A stretch of 64,000 nt of DNA. Source: Marsupella aquatica. Lineage: Eukaryota > Plantae > Marchantiophyta. Position 1 is the stretch's first letter. Each line of letters begins with the position of its first letter. The translations under genes and the position numbers were made by a program. The stretch spans positions 23,186,709-23,250,708 of the forward strand of contig OZ316894.1 of the NCBI GenBank assembly GCA_973895155.1. Direction: 5' to 3'. The notes under the pieces were generated by a model. It searched no databases and had not been told where the DNA came from. It saw nothing but the letters and a program-made list of their open reading frames with translations. Below are positions 63,661-64,000 of the stretch, one piece after another.

Positions 63661-64000
63661 GGAGCTTCACTCTGAACAGTAGCTGTAAGCACTACGTTTG
63701 GATCACAATTTGCTGGTGAGATAAATACACAAATTCTGCCCTATTTGAACAAAAATCACTTTTGTTCAAATGGATGGGGGATGGGAGCACGCCTCTCTTA
63801 ATTTCATTTTTAGACTCGAACACCCGGGTTCTGTTTCCAGTGGGAGAAAAGAGGTCAAAGATGTCATTGCAAGGTTGGGGCGTGGTTATGAGGGCTTGAC
63901 TGCCACAATGTTTTGGATCCAGTTTCAGTTCAGCCTTTTGTTCGGCTGAAGTTCAATCTAAATCACTCCAAATCTTCAAGACATTGCAGTGCAACAGGGA

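Overview
Eukaryotic, gene-dense land-plant genomic DNA with spliceosomal introns. The compact introns and gene content suggest a bryophyte or other non-seed plant (inference). There are no prokaryotic operons, CRISPR arrays, rRNA or recognisable tRNA genes. I traced these genes exon by exon: an alpha-expansin (849-1798, +), MAD2 (16028-17886, +), an AAAP/AVT3-ANT1-type amino-acid transporter (23730-26273, -), a 22-exon alpha-glucan phosphorylase with a transit-peptide-like leader and an ACT domain (30806-40730, -; two consecutive GC-AG introns), Mediator MED19 (50880-53484, +) and a small uncharacterised protein (58432-59818, +). Three genes have no family I recognise: a 593-aa intronless coiled-coil ORF; a 4-exon gene with a Cys/His cluster, a SANT/trihelix-like segment and a C-terminal SHOCT-like motif (19564-21493, -); and a protein built from about 11 RxLDY repeats (61088-61999, +). 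Intergenic DNA holds MITEs, solo LTRs, a Copia gag relic, several tandem arrays and an LRR pseudogene broken up by insertions (about 42700-45265). All calls are by-eye readings; no database searches were run.
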